DNA of 64,000 bases from Eledone cirrhosa (lineage: Eukaryota), in contig OZ024742.1 in assembly GCA_964016885.1 (NCBI GenBank), forward strand, positions 3,844,001-3,908,000, written 5' to 3'. Positions within the stretch are counted from its first letter, which is position 1; the number at the start of each line of letters is the position of its first letter. The position numbers and the translations under genes were made by a program. Positions 1 through 11,500 of the stretch are shown piece after piece. Below the pieces are notes generated by a model that worked only from the letters and a program-made list of their open reading frames with translations, searched no databases and had not been told where the DNA came from.

Positions 1-464
1 CTTTGACTACGAAATCTCTTCTTCGTGATTCTGAACCATATTGATAATAGTCATTCTCGATAATTCGATTATCGAACGGTCATGGGTGTGTTTTACAAAT
101 CCAAATGCAATGCTTACTGCAGATGTATTGTTTTGTTTTCTAAGAATATTGCATGTAGTTTGAGAGTGATTTGTGTGCTATTTCTAACATGTCCAGTAAC
201 CACATCGTTTGTTCATCTTGTGTTTGAAGCTTGCCTTAAACTAGGATCAGATAATACGTGTCGGAGTATTGGTGTATGCTGTGTTTAATGCATGTATAGA
301 TAATCATAAACAGGTTTCAAGAAAGTTATTTTGTGTATTGATATATAAACCTAGAAGACCTTGTACTAGCAACTGACCTAGAGCTGCACAGAAACTCTTT
401 CTGTTGATAACAGCTGCAATAAATGAAGTAATGACTAACTAGATATATCACCACAAGAAATAAT

Positions 465-650
465 TGTTTCTACTTTAGGCACAAGGCCAGCAAATACCCA
501 GTGCATTACTGGTACTTTATTTTATCAACCCTGTAAGGATGAAAGGCAAAGTCAACCTCGGCGGGATTTGAACTCAGATCGTAAAGGGACGTAACTATGC
601 TGGAAAGCATGGCGTCCGACCCTCTACCGACACTGCCAATCCACCGCCGA
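465..650 (-). mobile_element. tRNA-derived SINE, full length, with 18-bp target-site duplication
   Basis: Minus strand reads GGCGGTGGATTGGCAGTGTCGG (A-box-like) ... GAGTTCAAATCC (B-box) ... GCCTTTCATCCTTACAGGGTTGATAAAATAAAGTACCAG (central domain) ... AT-rich end. Direct repeat ATCACCACAAGAAATAAT at 447-464 and 651-668. Homologous to copies at 10.2, 10.4, 13.6 and 14.0 kb. Confidence 0.92.
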
Positions 651-843
651 ATCACCACAAGAAATAATGTTTCCTTTCAATCAAGCTGTTAGTTGAGTGA
701 GAAAATCCGCTAAATTTACAGAAGCAGTCGTTAATTCATTTGAAGTTATTCGAGATTTAGAAGTTCTGTAATAAAAAACAAATTTCATCCGTGATAAAGT
801 AATTTATTCCGACGAGTATATCAGCATGCATCACATTTTCTTC

Positions 844-1265
844 TTTATATAAAAACAAGAGTATATTATTTGAGGGTTATATTTATATGAAAACAAGAGT
901 ATATCATTTGAGGGTTATATTTATATAAAAACAAGAGTATATAATTTGAGGGATATGTTTGTATAAAAACAAGAGTATATCATTTGAGGGTTATATTTAT
1001 ATAAAAACAAGAGTATATAATTTGAGGGTTATATTTATATAAAAACAAGAGTATATCATTTGAGGGTTATATTTATATAAAAACAAGAGTATATAATTTG
1101 AGGGTTATATTTATATGAAAACAAGAGTATATCATTTGAGGGTTATATTTATATAAAAACAAGAGTATATAATTTGAGGGTTATATTTATATGAAAACAA
1201 GAGTATATAATTTGAGGGTTATATTTATATAAAAACAAGAGTATATAATTTGAGGGATATGTTTG
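844..1265. repeat. 38-bp minisatellite, ~11 copies
   Basis: Unit TTTATATAAAAACAAGAGTATAT(C/A)ATTTGAGGGTTATA repeated in tandem with few variants. Confidence 0.95.
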
Positions 1266-2449
1266 CTGATATTTTCAGTACGTCGACTGATCAAAAATGG
1301 ACCAAACCGTTCACTCACGAGAGCTTATCCACCCTCCACTGTATCCATGTGAAAACTGGGGTCATTAAACTGAGAAGGGATTTGAGTGAACCACAAAATA
1401 TCTGAAAGTGGTGTCTCTTTCGGGATATTTGAGGAAAAGGAGTTATATTAACGAAATTCAGTTCCGCTCATAATATCGCTTCGGCCACAAACCCGGGCTC
1501 AACTTGCCGAAATGAAAAGGAGAGGAAGATAGCTTCGTCGACCGATTCATCTTTGTACCGGTCTCCTTGGTCCCTGCACTGCTGATTTCCTCTGTAAAAT
1601 CGGAAAAACGGGAGCCTGCTTGAAGACCGTCCCATGAGATGTGGTGGCTGTTGCAGAGGGCTTAGCTGGCCATTTTCTACGGTAAAGCTGTTGCTATTTT
1701 GCCACCGATGTGCGATTGAATTACCACTCAGACTGGGGTGTAGTGTCAGTCCCTGCCCCTCTCCTCTTCTTCCGTTGCTGATTCTTTTTTCCTTTGTCTT
1801 CTTTTCCTTTCCTTATTTTTTTCCTTATTTGTTCCCTTTCTTAATGTGTTTTGTTTGTGTATTGCCTGCTTGAACGTTGCATTGTTTCAAACAAAATAGC
1901 CTACATAAACATCTTTCACTCAAGATATATTTATATGTGTGTGTACACACACATTTAGATTGCATGTACAGAAACATTGGAACGATTTACAATAGAAGAG
2001 GGATAAGTATATTAGAATTATACAAGAATTAGTGAAACACGTTTGTGAATAAAGGCATAAATGTTCCTGGATCAATATTATATTGTGACTACATGTAGAA
2101 GAAACAGCTTGAATAGAAATAACAGAGAAATAAAACCCTGTCAGAATACCGCCTGAAACTGCAGTTGAATTTACACAGTTATTAATTTCCACTTTGTCAC
2201 GAGGATATATTAAGAAGTTAAACAATACATCAGCCTTTGTTGCCGATTAAACAAAAGAATAAGGGGAAAAACAAACAAACGCATAGAAATCGTTTTAGAA
2301 AATTGTTTACTTATATCAAACAGGAGAATATATAGATTTTTGTTTTATACTCTTTGAAATCACAAACCCTACAGGTATTTCTTGTGAGATTAAATTAATC
2401 GAAAGATTGTTTTGAAGGTACACAGATTTGGAATTTTCCATATATTCTC

Positions 2450-2455
<6 letters not shown>

Positions 2456-2517
<62 letters not shown>
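2456..2517. repeat. (TA)n microsatellite
   Basis: Direct observation. Confidence 0.95.
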
Positions 2518-2521
<4 letters not shown>

Positions 2522-3233
2522 ACGCATACACGCAAGCATGCACATGCACACTACCCCCACCTCATCCTCACACATACACGTATGTATGTTAAGTATGTAT
2601 GTATATATATATACAGGCACAAACACATACAGCGACATTATTTCAGAAATCAAAGTGTTGCGCTCAGCAAAATAACATTTCGCTTGCTTTGCTTAAATAT
2701 TAATCTTTTTGATGTCCTGGAATATTCTTTGTACTCATGCTTCTCTCTCATGTTGTCAAATGCTTTACTATACAATCAAAAGCGAAATTGAGATGTTATC
2801 AAACGCCTATCCTCAGGCATATATCTGCCAGGCATCACCTATAGAACCTTGTCAAACGGTTTTTATTTTCCATTTTTTTTAAAGGTTATTTTATCTCTCA
2901 AAATCCTCACAGAAACATTCTTTCAACCATATACCGTAAACAGTAGCATATCACAAAACTCTTTACAATTGTAAAATATGTCTTAAGGATGGTTTTCTCT
3001 ATTCTCTTCCGTATTATAAGAAACGAATAAAAAGGAAAAAAGGAAACCTCGAATATGTTTAGGAATTCTCAATTAGAAATAGTGAGATTATTTTTAAAGA
3101 TATCTTGCCACTTTTTTAAAGACATCTTGCCACTAAATGAAAATTACCGTATCTATTTGAATTGACTATGTAGCAGGTACAATCCAACTAGATATACCAC
3201 CTCGACTCCGTCAAAACTACTCAGGGCAACCGC

Positions 3234-3238
<5 letters not shown>

Positions 3239-3318
<80 letters not shown>
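3239..3318. repeat. (TA)n microsatellite, left flank of fold-back element A
   Basis: Direct observation. Confidence 0.95.
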
Positions 3319-3319
<1 letters not shown>

Positions 3320-3526
3320 CGAAGGAAATGTGGTAAGGAACCAGGTGGACCATAACGCACCAAAGTATTCAATACTTAGGGTAGTAGAGTGGGTAATAGG
3401 AACGAGTAGGGCCCCGACGGCTGAGCTCAAGCCGTTTCGACGGCTAATTCTTGACTAAAAATTTTAGTCTAGAATTAGCCGTCGAAACGGCTTGAGCTCA
3501 GCCGTCGGGGTCCTACTCGTTCCTAT
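3319..3526. mobile_element. (TA)n-flanked fold-back element, family 1 copy A (Penelope-like pLTR fragment/retro-hairpin)
   Basis: 77-bp unique segment ACGAAGGAAATGTGGTAAGGAACC..., then a 131-bp palindrome 3396-3526 (65-bp arms, 2 mismatches, centre 3461). (TA)n on both sides. Homologous to 14276-14445 and 14491-14660. Confidence 0.75.
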
Positions 3527-3542
3527 ATATATATATATATAT

Positions 3543-3655
3543 ACGAGCGTCCGAAACGTTAAGACTCTCTTCCTGCTATATCAAGCGTTAACCTAATATA
3601 TCCCTTCCATATACTGTACCGATTATGTTGTTATTTCTGTTTACCTTTTACATAC
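3543..3655 (+). mobile_element. Possible short Penelope-like 3' end fragment (3' half of a hammerhead-like motif)
   Basis: Lies between (TA)n and (TACA)n. Begins GAGCGTCCGAAACGTTAAGAC (GAAA-short stem III-UH pattern) followed by a pyrimidine-rich tail. No CUGANGA half present. Confidence 0.35.
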
Positions 3656-3659
3656 ATAC

Positions 3660-5357
3660 ATCATCATCATCCTCATCATCATCATCATCATTTTACGTCC
3701 GCTTTTCCCTGCTTGCAAGGGTGGGACGTGTCTTATTCAGCACAGCATCGCTCCACTCGTCACGGTCCCTCGTCATCTCCACCGTGAGCTTCAATGATCT
3801 GAGGTCTGTTCTCACCACCTCCGCCCATGTTTTCCGTGGTCTACCTCTACCACGTCTTCCTTCAACTGGCAATTCCTGGCACTTCTTCACCCATCGGTCA
3901 TCCTCCATGCGCATCACATGTCCATACCACCTCAGTCTCCTCTCCCGTACACTACATTCTATCCCTCTCAGACACAATTTCTCTCTCAACACATTTATAC
4001 TGGGTCGTTCACGCACATTTACACTGCACATCCAACGGAGCATGCTTGCGTCATTTCTCTCCAGCCGTCGCATATCCTCTGCAGTTGCTGCCCATGTCTC
4101 ACTACGATGCAGCATCGCGCTCCTCACACAGGCATCATACAACCGGCCTTTCGTACGCAGGGAGAAACCCTTCTTCGTCAACAGAGGAAGCAGCTCCCTA
4201 AACTTCTTCCAACCCGTCCTTATTCTAGATACTATGGCCTCGGAACACCCTCCTCCCATGCTAATCTGATCTCCTAGGTACCGGAAGCTATCCACCACTC
4301 CTATAGCGCCCTCCTGCATTTGAAAAATGTGTCTATCAATGCGACTTCTACTGTCTAATTTCCCTGTACATCTACTGCATACATATTTTTCCCTACCTGT
4401 TAGTTTGCCTGCTATCCCGCTACATCTCTTGTGTACCCAGGACCTGCATTGTGTGCAATTTATAGAATTTATGCCAGTTCCTTTTCTGCATATCGAACAT
4501 GGCCATTTCCCTGACGGAATCAGGGATTTGTCCTCTTTTCTACTCATCAACACATTTGTCTTAGCTAGATTCACTCTCAGTCCTCTTGCTTCCAACTGCT
4601 GTTTCCATAGCCAGAATTTATTCTCCAGCTCGTCTACTGATTCTGCTATAAGAACCAGATCGTCAGCATAGAGAAGTTCCCATGGACAGCCAGTCTTAAA
4701 CTTCTCTGTTATGGCTTGGAGGACTATAATGAACAAGAGAGGGCTAAGGACCGAACCCTGATGTACTCCTACTTGTATCTGGAATTCCTCACTAAACTCC
4801 ATTCCTACTCTGACTTTACTGACAGTTCCTCTGTACAAAGTTTGCACTGCCCTCACAAGCCATTCCTCAACACCTAGCTTCCTTAGGGACCACCAGATGA
4901 CAGATCGGGGTACCCTATCAAAAGCCTTCTATAGGTCAACAAAGGCTAAGCATAGTGGCTTATTCTTCTCTAAAAACCTCTCTTGCAATTGTCTCACCAA
5001 GAAGAGGGCATCTGTTGTACTCTTCCCAGTCACAAAACCAAACTGCATCTCATCTAGTTTGACCCTTTCTCTAATTAGTTGTGCTAAAATCCTTTCTGCC
5101 ACTTTCATAACCTGATCTATCAGTTTTATACCCCTATAATTGCTCCTCTCCAGAGCATCCCCTTTACCTTTGTAGCAATTTATGAGAATACTGCTGCACC
5201 AGTCTTTGGGTATGACACCACCAAATATAGCCTGATTGATGATACGTGCAACCAGTTTAGTGCCTACGTCCCCTGATGCCTTCAGCATCTCAGCAACTAT
5301 TCCCGATGGACCGGCAACCTTACCATTTTTCATTTCCTTAATCGCCTCTTGGACCCT
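3660..5357 (-). mobile_element. 5'-truncated RTE-clade LINE retrotransposon with (TGA)n 3' tail
   Basis: RT homology (KVAGPSGIVAEMLK, YKGKGDALERSNYRGIKL, QFGF, FVDL*KAFD, GVHQGSVLSPLLF, YADD, FRYLG, RLRWYGHVMR, RGRGRPRKTW). The stop codon is followed almost immediately by a (CAT)n tract on the + strand at 3660-3690. No endonuclease domain remains. Confidence 0.93.
3693..5357 (-). pseudogene. RTE LINE ORF (reverse transcriptase + PHD-like finger), truncated, one in-frame stop
   Basis: ORFs 4929-5333 and 3693-4856 are in the same frame (72 nt apart) and separated only by TAG at 4929-4931, replacing E in FVDLEKAFD. YADD at 4659-4670. C4HC3 finger at 4368-4499. Confidence 0.9.
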
Positions 5358-5526
5358 ATATTATACATATATATATATATATATATATACATATATAATT
5401 ATTAGGGTAAACATTGATGCAGTTCAATTCAAGCACTCGACGTACTTTTTCCACATAGGAGTGACAGAGTAAATATCTAATAAGGAAAAGCGAAGTAGTT
5501 TCAGATGTTCAAATCCTTTAATAATA

Positions 5527-5604
5527 ATGCTGTGATATATATTTCAGTGACGACACTGGCCACACTGTTCTGTGTGCGAGTGTCGTGTCATCATCAGACA
5601 GCTT
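5527..5604 (-). ncRNA. Minimal type I hammerhead ribozyme (mirror copy)
   Basis: Reverse complement of 5674-5751 within the left palindrome arm. One substitution at the outer end of stem I. Confidence 0.78.
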
Positions 5605-5673
5605 GTTACATAATAAGGTTATGTTTCCGAGGCAATCCAAATTGGATCGACAAACATAACCTTATTATGTAAC

Positions 5674-5751
5674 AAGCTGTCTGATGATGACACGACACTC
5701 GCACACAGAACAGTGTGGCCAGTGTCGTCACTGAAATATATATCACAGCTT
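5674..5751 (+). ncRNA. Minimal type I hammerhead ribozyme
   Basis: Stem I AAGCTGT/ACAGCTT. Core CTGATGA 5681-5687. Stem II ACGACACT/AGTGTCGT plus CACAC/GTGTG. GAAA 5733-5736. Very short stem III with palindromic ATAT loop. AUC cleavage triplet ending at C5744. Confidence 0.8.
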
Positions 5752-5800
5752 TATTATTAAAGGATTTGAACATCTGAAACTACTTCGCTTTTCCTTATTC

Positions 5801-5852
<52 letters not shown>

Positions 5853-5874
5853 CGTGCGCGCGCGCGCGTGTGTG
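5801..5874. repeat. (TA)n followed by (GT)/(GC) microsatellite
   Basis: Direct observation. Confidence 0.9.
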
Positions 5875-6769
5875 ACTAATTTCTGAGGATGTTAATGTTG
5901 GTTCATTTATTCCATGACACTGGTTTCATGAGTACAAGGCAAGTCCTACGGTATTTAACAATGTTCTAAATGCAAACAAAGTAAAATTCAACTAAAAATT
6001 GTTCATCGTTATTGTTTACAGTTAGTAAATATATGCTGTCAATTATATGTCTATCTATTGAACGGAGCAGCACTAACAAAAACAAAGAGGTTTTCCTTTC
6101 TTTGCATCACTCACCACAAACGATTGTATAACACAAATACTTTCAATCTAGTTGATAGTTGAAGCTCTGAAAGGAAATATGTGCAGCATTTGAAACGTCA
6201 TCTTCATCGGAACTCCTCGCTATCGTGTATGATAAAGATACATTCCTGAATCGAGTGTTTAATTCTCTAATGTAATATTTGAATAGATATCAAACTAAAT
6301 AATAATATAATAAATCTGATTATTACATACTTTAAAGAATTCACCAATCTCTTATTATCCACTGCTAAGTGATATTGGAGAGTGTATATAAAGATACGAT
6401 TACATAGAAATTCAAAAGATACGAAATATTTCTTTATAATATCCTAATTGCTATCATTGTAAACGAAATAGAAATCTCGTAGATTTGAAATGTAGTTTAC
6501 CAGTGGATATAATTTGATGAATAAATAGAATTTATGAATTAAACGATTAATTTTGGGTGGTAGTATTGATGGTGTATGAGGTTAGAGAATAGGATGGATG
6601 TACTGATGGTAGCGGTAGACGGATATTTGCTAGACTAAACCGAATCATTTATCTTTTGTGAATGCATACACATATATTTCCTGAATATAATTAATGTTTG
6701 ATAAGTGAGAATAGACGATAAATTTGCAGATCGTGAGGCAGATTGCATTGTATTTAGTTGCATCATTTT

Positions 6770-6862
6770 AGTTTCTAATTTAAAACTCCACTAATGTCAA
6801 ATATGCTCGTCATTCTTCCAAATCGGATAAAATAAAGTACCAACGAAGTACTGAGGTCAATT
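6770..6862 (+). mobile_element. Highly degenerate SINE fragment
   Basis: ...CGGATAAAATAAAGTACCAACGAAGTACTGAGGTCAATTT matches the SINE central/3' domain. Confidence 0.45.
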
Positions 6863-7659
6863 TACCTTCCTGTATCTTCCCACTATATCTGTAGCTTCTT
6901 TCATCGTCAGAAATATATAGGCGCTACTTGGAAATGGAATATTGTACGTTTCGTAATCTTTCAAATGAAACTAAAAATGTTTATTTGCATTTGTGAAGAC
7001 GGATATATTGCAAACATTACTAACCTAGGAGGTTTCTATGTTGGTGTAATAGAAGATGCATAGAAGATTAAATCAACAAATTATATTACTGTCAGTTTAT
7101 GCTAGAATGGAAAAAGAAGTGAACCAAGGAATAACATGAAATCAAAAGGAACAATAACAGGATAAATAGGTTTATAAACCAATGAAAAAGCTTTTGCATG
7201 CTCACTCTATCTGAGAGAAATAGTATCTTAACTTCCCTCAAACAACAACATATTATCTTGAAGATGGAACTATTAATTGGAGAATATAGTCAAATATTTA
7301 AATAAAGATTTAATCATCCTGACTGGAAGAAAATTTACCATGGGGGTATTCAATTAACGCTGTACTGGAACTAAACCACAAAAATACTAAAAGCGGCAGG
7401 ATCTTAATTCACTCCGGGAATGTTTGCCTAAGAAAGTCCATCCCCCTAAATCTTGCAAAATATTTAACAAATTATAAACAAAACATTTTGTCACACTTCA
7501 TATATTGGGATATGTTTTTTTTTTTTTTTCTTTATTTCAAATGTTAAAAGTTTTAATAAATAATTTATATTTAAACAGCCGAATTCTGATAACTATCTTT
7601 AGTACGGAACCTCGTAATTTTAGGTGAATTTGGTAGAGTAATTTGAGTGTCAACAAAAT

Positions 7660-7745
7660 ACCTTCTGGTATTTGTTCCTGGTCCCCTTAACTCGATATCA
7701 CTCCGTTATCGAATTTGCCTTTCATCTTTTCTGGATCGAAAAGAT
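7660..7745 (+). mobile_element. Degenerate SINE fragment
   Basis: TTTGCCTTTCATCTTTTCTGGATCGAAAAG matches the SINE central domain. Confidence 0.4.
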
Positions 7746-8585
7746 TCAGGTCAGTTTAGAAAGGTGGAGTGAAGGAATGTTTAGAGTGTCAGATAAAATG
7801 AATTGTGATAGTTGTGTACTGAGTTGCCTCTGTTACCTTCTGGGGTAATCGACTTAATTTGTAACCCGGTTTAAAGTCATCACCGGGTATTTAGTGGCTT
7901 CTAATGGAGTCCACTATGTTGCCTCTCCAGCCAGTCTGAGTATCTCTAAAAAGTGCCATAATTTCTGCTCTATATGTCCTCCCCGCCCTCCCTATCTCTC
8001 CCTGAGTAAACAGTAAAATCAACAATTCAATACATGAAGTACATAAGTATGAGTAAATACTTTATCGGCGCAGCGAGATATAAAACAAGCGAAAGTATAC
8101 GTCACTAAATATAGAACTCAAAAGATGAAATTGATACGTAAATTTCATTCGGTCTTAATCTTACGTAAAACTGTTTCCTTCTTTCTAACCCAGAAATTAT
8201 TTTATATATTGAAACGTTAACATAAACATTGGATTGATTTTGATTTCATCATACAAAGTTTTGCATATAAATATGAATATATTCCATTTCAGAAATATTG
8301 TCTGTTGTATAAATAACAAGGTTTATTACATGAATATAATTTTCATATTAATATATATATGAAATATATATATAATCAATTATCTTATAGAAACTGTGGT
8401 TTTTAACTTTATTTTATAATAATACAAACATTCTGAGCTTCAAGTAAACCATAATTGCTGATTATTTGGAATTAATTAATTTGAATATAAAATTTAATAT
8501 CAATCCCAACTGGATATATTTAACGAAGGCTTGTAACAAGTGGGGGATGGAAATGTTTATATGGTAAACAAGATAAAACTAAAAG

Positions 8586-8610
8586 TATATACATATATAT
8601 ATATATATAA

Positions 8611-8663
<53 letters not shown>

Positions 8664-8751
8664 TATATGTGTATATATATAATACTTTGAGATGGTCATA
8701 TATACATATATGTATATATATGCATACATATATAAACTCACAAACACACAT

Positions 8752-8810
<59 letters not shown>
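8586..8810. repeat. Compound (TA)n/(GT)n microsatellite cluster
   Basis: Direct observation. Confidence 0.93.
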
Positions 8811-8814
<4 letters not shown>

Positions 8815-9491
8815 CGAGTTTATGTAAAATAAAACATTATTAAATAAATATTCTACAGGTTTAATGTATTTTACAACAGGAAATATTTATATTTACAATA
8901 TAAATTTATGCTAATTGTTTGCTTTCAGAAAAATATTAACTTATTAAATGTATTTATCAAAATGTATTAATTTCAAAATAAATCATTTTCTAAATATTAT
9001 TTCTTTGATATATATCTATATAGATGTTCAAAGATATTTTCTTTCGTCTATAAGTTTGAAGGGAAGAATGTAACTCACGTTTGGTACAATCTAGAAAATG
9101 TTGAGCAAGGAGAAAAACTGCCTGATGTTCATTTATTGTGAGGTTTTCAATCTTTAGCACGACTACTTTACCTGTTATATAGTTTTCTTAGTATATTCGG
9201 AAAGAAAACGTTTTGGACGATAAATCATCTCTAATTGATGTCACAATATAGTATGGTGTGTTCTATATAGTATGATATATTATATACGATGTATTCACCA
9301 AGACATTAGTATATCTATTTCATGCTGACATTTTTCTATGACATATATTATATATGTATACTTTCTTTTCGATGGTGATCGATTTCTACTTATGAAGTAA
9401 AACACAAAATGTTTTTGTATATTAATTCATGTTCCATATTTCTATATCAATGAATCCCACATACACCAACAAACACAACGTTGTAGGTATC

Positions 9492-9493
<2 letters not shown>

Positions 9494-9545
<52 letters not shown>

Positions 9546-9576
9546 CGCGCGTGCGTGCGCGCGTGCGTGCGTGTAT

Positions 9577-9675
<99 letters not shown>

Positions 9676-9743
9676 CGTGTGTGTGCGTGTGTGTGCGTGT
9701 GTGTGTGTGTGCGTGTGTGTGTATCTGTGTGCGTGTGTATGTG
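9494..9743. repeat. ~250-bp (GT)n/(GC)n alternating purine-pyrimidine tract
   Basis: Direct observation. Confidence 0.95.
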
Positions 9744-10191
9744 CGGATGAGGGAGAGTGAGGAAGAGGGTGAGAAATATTTAGGGAGTAAGATAGTGATA
9801 GGAAAGTGTTAGACGTGAAATAGGAAAAACCAGAAAAGTTAAGTATATTAGAGGTGGATATAAGATGTCTGCATAGATCAGACATTTTATATAGACTGGT
9901 CATAATAGTTAATATCATTTTAATGTATCTATTGTCTCTGTATTTACTGATAAGTCTCAATAAAATTGTTGAATGCCTGGTATAGAAGATGGTGGTAGTT
10001 AATGACTGTATACATGCCGCCAGAAATATTATATATATGCACTGTAGTCAATATTAGTGGTCGCTGTAGTTCCATGCGAGCAAGAACTTAATATTTATAA
10101 CTGTGTAAATGTAGGAATTAATTTATTGTCTCTCTCACGACACAGTTACCATGTTTCACTAAAATCAGTGATCGCTAAGCCTGTTCATGGA

Positions 10192-10394
10192 AATAATAAT
10201 AGTAATAATTGTTTCTACTTTTGGCACAAGGCCAGCAATTATCCCAGTGCATTACTGGTACTTTATTTTATCGACCCTGTAAGGATGAAAGGCAAAGTTA
10301 ACCTCGGCGGGATTTGAACTCAGAATGGAAAGGGCCGTAACTCTATGCGTCAAAGCATGGCGTCCGACCCTCTACCGATACTGCCAATCCACCG
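10192..10394 (-). mobile_element. tRNA-derived SINE, near full length, (ATT)n-type tail
   Basis: Closely similar to 465-650 (A-box, B-box GAGTTCAAATCC, central domain). Tail appears as AATAATAATAGTAATAAT on the + strand. Confidence 0.9.
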
Positions 10395-10530
10395 AGTTCA
10401 GATACCGCCGGGGTTAACTTTGCCTTTCATTCTTATGGGGTCGATGAAATAAAATACCAGTAATACACTGGGATATTTGCTGGCCTTGTGCCAAAAGTAG
10501 AAACAATAGTAGTAGTAATAATGATAACAA
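10394..10530 (+). mobile_element. 5'-truncated SINE (from B-box to tail), head-to-head with the previous copy
   Basis: GAGTTCAGATACCGCCGGGGTTAACTTTGCCTTTCATTC...CCTTGTGCCAAAAGTAGAAACAATAGTAGTAGTAATAAT. Confidence 0.88.
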
Positions 10531-11009
10531 CATGTGTTTATCAGTATGGTCTGTATAAATATATAACCATCCGTTTTAATTACCCTGTCATACATGCAAT
10601 CAAATTCACTCCAATCCAATACTACCCCCAAAACCGAACAACTACCCTTCGTTCCCGCGTAAAGTTGGTCATATAGTGTCGCGTAATGGCGATGGATATT
10701 TAACTAATTCCGCGTGAGTCGACGTTGCATTGATAATGGAAGTGTCAATTATTCAGTAAAAAGTTAATTAATAATTCTGTATTTTTCATATGTATTCTGT
10801 GTTAGAGAAGATTGGTGGCGAAATTATTTGGATATAAACCTGTCGAGATATTGTACATGTGAATGGACCCGTAACTCCTCGTGAAATTCCATACAGCATT
10901 TCGAAACTACTGGAGCCCATCTCCTTTGAATTGTGAACATAGGCATTTTCTTCCAGAGGAGAAGAAAGTAAGATACGGTGAGATTGAGATACAGAAGAAA
11001 AACCGACCC

Positions 11010-11155
11010 TGATACTGAGCTGGTCCAATAATGAGTGATCTTGAATGGATCAAATGTAAAGTTAACCTTGGTGGGATTTAGACTGAGAGTGCAGAGAGCC
11101 GGATGAAATAGTGCAACACCTTCTATCGGACGATGCAACGGATCTGGGTATTCAC
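11010..11155 (-). mobile_element. Degenerate SINE
   Basis: GTAAAGTTAACCTTGGTGGGATTTAGACTGAGAG resembles GCAAAGTTAACCTCGGCGGGATTTGAACTCAGA of the intact copies. Confidence 0.55.
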
Positions 11156-11349
11156 ATCACCAGCAGAGGTATTTCCCCTTAGATCCTGTAACTTTTATCG
11201 GAGTCGTAGGGGCGCCGTACTAGCATACGGCGTTTCTGGGGAATTTTGTGCCAGGAGGAGCCCACCCCTCTCTAGGTCTGTGCACAGCAGATTTCTTCCA
11301 TAAAAGGATTGAAAGTGAGAGAGAAGAGAGAACGTGAGAAAGAGATGTA

Positions 11350-11500
11350 GAGGAATAATCGACTCCAGTACTTGACTGGTACATTTTTATCGACCTTAAA
11401 TGGGTGAAAGGCAAAGATAGCCTAGGCGGGATTAGAACTCTGAGAGCAGAGAGTCGGAACAAACGGCATTCTATACAACTTTCTAACGATTCTGCCTATT
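11350..11500 (-). mobile_element. Degenerate SINE
   Basis: ACTGGTACATTTTTATCGACCTTAAATGGGTGAAAGGCAAAG...GGCGGGATTAGAACTCTGA...AACGATTCTGCC. Confidence 0.7.

Larger units (their letters stand above)
5397..5800. mobile_element. (TA)n-flanked fold-back element, family 2, with inverted hammerhead ribozymes (Penelope-like inverted pLTR)
   Basis: (TA)n 5366-5396, 82-bp unique segment, then inverted repeat 5479-5626 / 5652-5799 (148-bp arms, 1 mismatch, 25-bp spacer), then (TA)n from 5801. Confidence 0.8.

Noticed and set aside
465-650. tRNA gene
   Set aside because: A/B boxes are present, but I see no cloverleaf. It is a multi-copy element with a tail and TSD, so a SINE.
1270-1900. GC-richer segment after TTTTCAG as a possible exon or TE remnant
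   Set aside because: The frames I checked close quickly and show no recognisable motif. It needs a database search.
3319-3526. Tc1/mariner-type MITE with TA target duplication
   Set aside because: The inverted repeats are not terminal on both sides (77-bp overhang), and arm sequence and centre differ between copies.
3625-4671. + strand ORFs of 114-214 aa
   Set aside because: Antisense shadows of the RTE RT ORF.
11211-11233. Small hairpin GCGCCGTA/TACGGCGT
   Set aside because: Too short and single-copy, so compatible with chance.
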